This document shows positions 24,501 to 26,137 of a stretch of DNA of 26,137 bases, piece after piece (the first letter of the stretch is position 1; every line of letters begins with the position of its first letter). This stretch comes from Christensenellales bacterium (GTDB lineage: Bacteria; Bacillota; Clostridia; Christensenellales; Pumilibacteraceae), in assembly GCA_048167245.1 (NCBI GenBank), contig DBEXQE010000295.1, positions 1-26,137 on the forward strand, in the 5' to 3' direction. The notes under the pieces are model-generated. The model was not told the origin of the DNA and made no database searches. It worked only from the letters and a program-made list of their open reading frames with translations. Made by a program: the position numbers and the translations under genes.

Positions 24501-26131
24501 GTTCTCAAAACTTGCTTATAGGCGAGCTTAACGAAAACACGGGCATTGCCGTAAGCGATATAACAAGCGATATGTGCAATATAATAGCTTATGCCGCGTT
24601 CAAGGGCGCAGACAACGATACTACGTTTACGTATTCCGAACCTTACGAGGCGAATTCGGATGATATAGACGTTGTAACGTTTGGCGCAAGATATAATTCC
24701 GACGGCTCCGTTACGCTTAACGGAAAGCAAAGCGAATATGCGTGGTCGCAGGTAGGGGCATTAAAGAACAGCTACGTCGGCTTAAAAGGCAATTACGGCG
24801 TAGGCACATATATCGATTTTACGTTTACGGGTAATAATATGCCGAACATATGTTTGTTTGCCGATAATATAGACGGCGGTATGTCAAGGTCGGTCAATCC
24901 CGTCAGCGGTAACTCTGACGGCGACGGTCCGAATAAAGGCTTGATGATCGTAAACGGTTTCTATGGCAGTATAGGTCGCGTTTTGGGCAATACGCTTGTT
25001 GTATGCGGACCTAACAGGCTTGTGTATGCTATGAACGCGCAAGGCGGCATTATAAATCCCGCGCCCGCGCCCTATAATAACGACTTGATAAAATCCGTTT
25101 CGTATCCGTACTTTACTCAAAACGGGCTTATAGAAGCGGGAGAAACCAAAACCTATAAACTGACCGTAGGTACGTTCTTGGAAAACGGTAAAGTTATGCT
25201 CGATATGCGTATATACAACGCTTCGGACGAAAGTCTTATTCACGGCGTGCATATAACCACGAATGTTAAGGAAACCGATTTGCCGCAAATGGGAACAAAC
25301 ATTATAATTTATGCAGCGCTCAAAGGAACCGGAAACGACACTACGCTATCGTATTCCGAACCTTACAACGGCGAACCCGAAGAGTCTGTTTCGGTTTTGT
25401 CGAGCGGAGCAAAGTATAATTTGGATAGCTCCGTAACGCTTACGGGTAAAGCTTCATCGGTAAGTTGCGGAGCGGGCGATAATATATTAGCCAGCCGCGG
25501 CGGACAGAATTTTGTGGCGTTCAAAGGCGACTACGGAGTAGGTACTTATATCGACTTTACTTTCGAAGGAAACAATATGCCGCAACTTATGTTCTTTGCC
25601 GACAAAATCGAAGGCTTTTTCGTAAGCTATAAAAGCGCGCAACATGACGTTCAAGGTAAAGGTATGTTTGTATGTAACGGCGCTTGGCAGAGTCCCGATA
25701 ACGGTGCAGGCGGCTCGTATTACGTCAGCGACATGATGCAGATTTGGGGACCCGACAGGGTTACGAGTAATTTGCACGGGGTAACAACGGAAACCGCAGG
25801 CGGACCGAAATTGCAACTCAGCGACGCACAGGCGAAACTGTTTACGGTCGGCGAACTTAACAAAGCCGCTAATGCAAACGTTAAATTCAGGCTTGTTGCC
25901 GGCACATACGAAAATAACGGTACTGTTTGGCTCGATTATAAACTTTATAAAGACGGTACGGAAGAACCGATAGGCGTTATCAACGTAGATACGGGAATTA
26001 ACGTAAGCGAAATAACTTCCGATATGTGCAATATCATAGCTTTCCCTACGTTCAAGGGCAAGACTACGACCGAGAATAATTGCGATACTACGTTCTCGTT
26101 CTCTCAGCCGTATACGAAAACGGCGGCTTAA
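21527..26131 (+). CDS. Giant surface lipoprotein (1534 aa): N-terminal Ig/FN3-like region plus five tandem ~240-aa repeats of an unrecognised beta-rich domain
   Basis: Lipobox-like FAAC, RBS AAGGAG. FN3-like ATWNKVENATDYRIKID. Five copies of G[DN]YGxGT[YF]x[DE]FxFxGNNMPxxxxFAD. Confidence 0.88.
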   Translation: MKKSGKLLTALLLLLALSLCMFAACNGKGKTEAKVTLKTPRVTEYRVGDNVDLYDFIEYDESQEYSFKVAKNGSEAEPKEVKGRTYYAAESGKYSAEITAKSGEKSDSETVEFNVFEAVPFVRVLKSEFDVNYMRSVPMDWLIGQSAPYIKGNDYESYCDYVFYYEYADATGEKIELEEATADGFFDGNDRIKFIKEGIYVFHLIVENSGGLCDGSFTVNVYEDFSAVPDIAGGVIEYDEQTKTATWNKVENATDYRIKIDRKEAIVSASAENTYSLDITPYLTSEFQHFDLVVTARDDKAQAFGKITKEIIVSPEKYGKLVLSSGTKMNADTGVATLAGRYANSLGWMGVRDSLSNTYAAWSGDYGVGTFVEFEFTGNNMPQLCFFADKINGDITQGYDANRNEGILLLGGLYGQAFSNVYQTFWGDKLTVWGPNRGYMHCNSVIWTHYKTVTEDYPLFTQDGLTRAGDVTYKLVAGTYADGGTIMANLQLYNKSNGKLLHNAHISTGVKTTELSGGNIIAFSTVKGEDKPTEFTVLGKPYAGEPKYTLEEKDGVYAYNATFNSDDTVTIQSRQLGGAAFMSNLDSVNLGYISIDGNYGAGTYVDFTFKGNNMPYIVLFADRVNEGRNVLKGGKLTNTLGSKGLLLFNGLVTSRHNAEGMLGTSDPVEGNRLNSFHVFGPNRMKSDYTNANGSSPSIEDGKWLVNISGNDYPMFSQRGLDNAGADKEYKLTVGTFRNGDSLWIDVSIYDGATDEVIHSVQRDLGLTTEQIEYLGTGSIIAMANMKGSKDLYSTTFGYSKPYTKETILMNSGATFNQDGSVTLKGKLTDAVAINDNNKSQNYIAFKGNYGVGTYVDFAFKGNNMPNLMFFADNINGNFTSSAVYTDTNSSHYNQAAPSGKGLFILNGIYHRGSIGRGDTVQVWGLDRMSCNAVDTALSDDEGYRLILNDANYAPFTQNALSADANAEYEYIAGTYEKDEKVYLHLRLYKKVGSQNLLIGELNENTGIAVSDITSDMCNIIAYAAFKGADNDTTFTYSEPYEANSDDIDVVTFGARYNSDGSVTLNGKQSEYAWSQVGALKNSYVGLKGNYGVGTYIDFTFTGNNMPNICLFADNIDGGMSRSVNPVSGNSDGDGPNKGLMIVNGFYGSIGRVLGNTLVVCGPNRLVYAMNAQGGIINPAPAPYNNDLIKSVSYPYFTQNGLIEAGETKTYKLTVGTFLENGKVMLDMRIYNASDESLIHGVHITTNVKETDLPQMGTNIIIYAALKGTGNDTTLSYSEPYNGEPEESVSVLSSGAKYNLDSSVTLTGKASSVSCGAGDNILASRGGQNFVAFKGDYGVGTYIDFTFEGNNMPQLMFFADKIEGFFVSYKSAQHDVQGKGMFVCNGAWQSPDNGAGGSYYVSDMMQIWGPDRVTSNLHGVTTETAGGPKLQLSDAQAKLFTVGELNKAANANVKFRLVAGTYENNGTVWLDYKLYKDGTEEPIGVINVDTGINVSEITSDMCNIIAFPTFKGKTTTENNCDTTFSFSQPYTKTAA
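22493..26113 (+). repeat. Five tandem intragenic domain repeats (233-250 aa period)
   Basis: Core motif starts at 22616, 23315, 24065, 24788 and 25526, giving spacings of 699, 750, 723 and 738 bp. Confidence 0.93.
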
Positions 26132-26137
26132 TCAAGA

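Noticed and set aside
21527..26131. Diversity-generating retroelement or shufflon as the source of repeat variability
   Set aside because: No reverse transcriptase, recombinase, near-identical template/variable repeat pair or inverted recombination sites in the window. The differences include large indels rather than adenine-specific substitutions.
1..26137. CRISPR arrays, tRNA/rRNA, IS elements, prophage or defence genes
   Set aside because: No regularly spaced short repeats and no transposase, integrase or nuclease motifs. The intergenic gaps are too short for structured RNA genes, apart from the promoter region.

Overview
A gene-dense, almost entirely + strand carbohydrate-utilisation region from a monoderm (Bacillota-type) bacterium. 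The gene types and the CG-ending codon bias resemble gut Clostridia such as Christensenellales, but this taxonomy is inference only. Operon 1 (34-16891) encodes a Gfo/Idh/MocA oxidoreductase, a CUT1 ABC importer (binding lipoprotein plus two permeases), a 1015-aa multi-Ig exported protein, a DUF4838-like lipoprotein, two paralogous Ig + beta-helix-like lipoproteins flanking an M55 (DppA-like) peptidase, and a GH20 beta-N-acetylhexosaminidase. It ends at a bidirectional terminator. An AraC regulator on the - strand appears to be transcribed leaderless from a consensus sigmaA promoter and is divergent from operon 2 (17922-26131). Operon 2 encodes a second CUT1 importer and a 1534-aa lipoprotein with five tandem ~240-aa copies of a domain I do not recognise, built from a conserved framework with four hypervariable segments. 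No ABC ATPase, RNA gene, mobile element or CRISPR array is seen. The main candidate novelty is a PUL-like surface system in which each ABC importer is coupled to giant, diversified surface proteins, with in-frame G9 tracts that could phase-vary two components.
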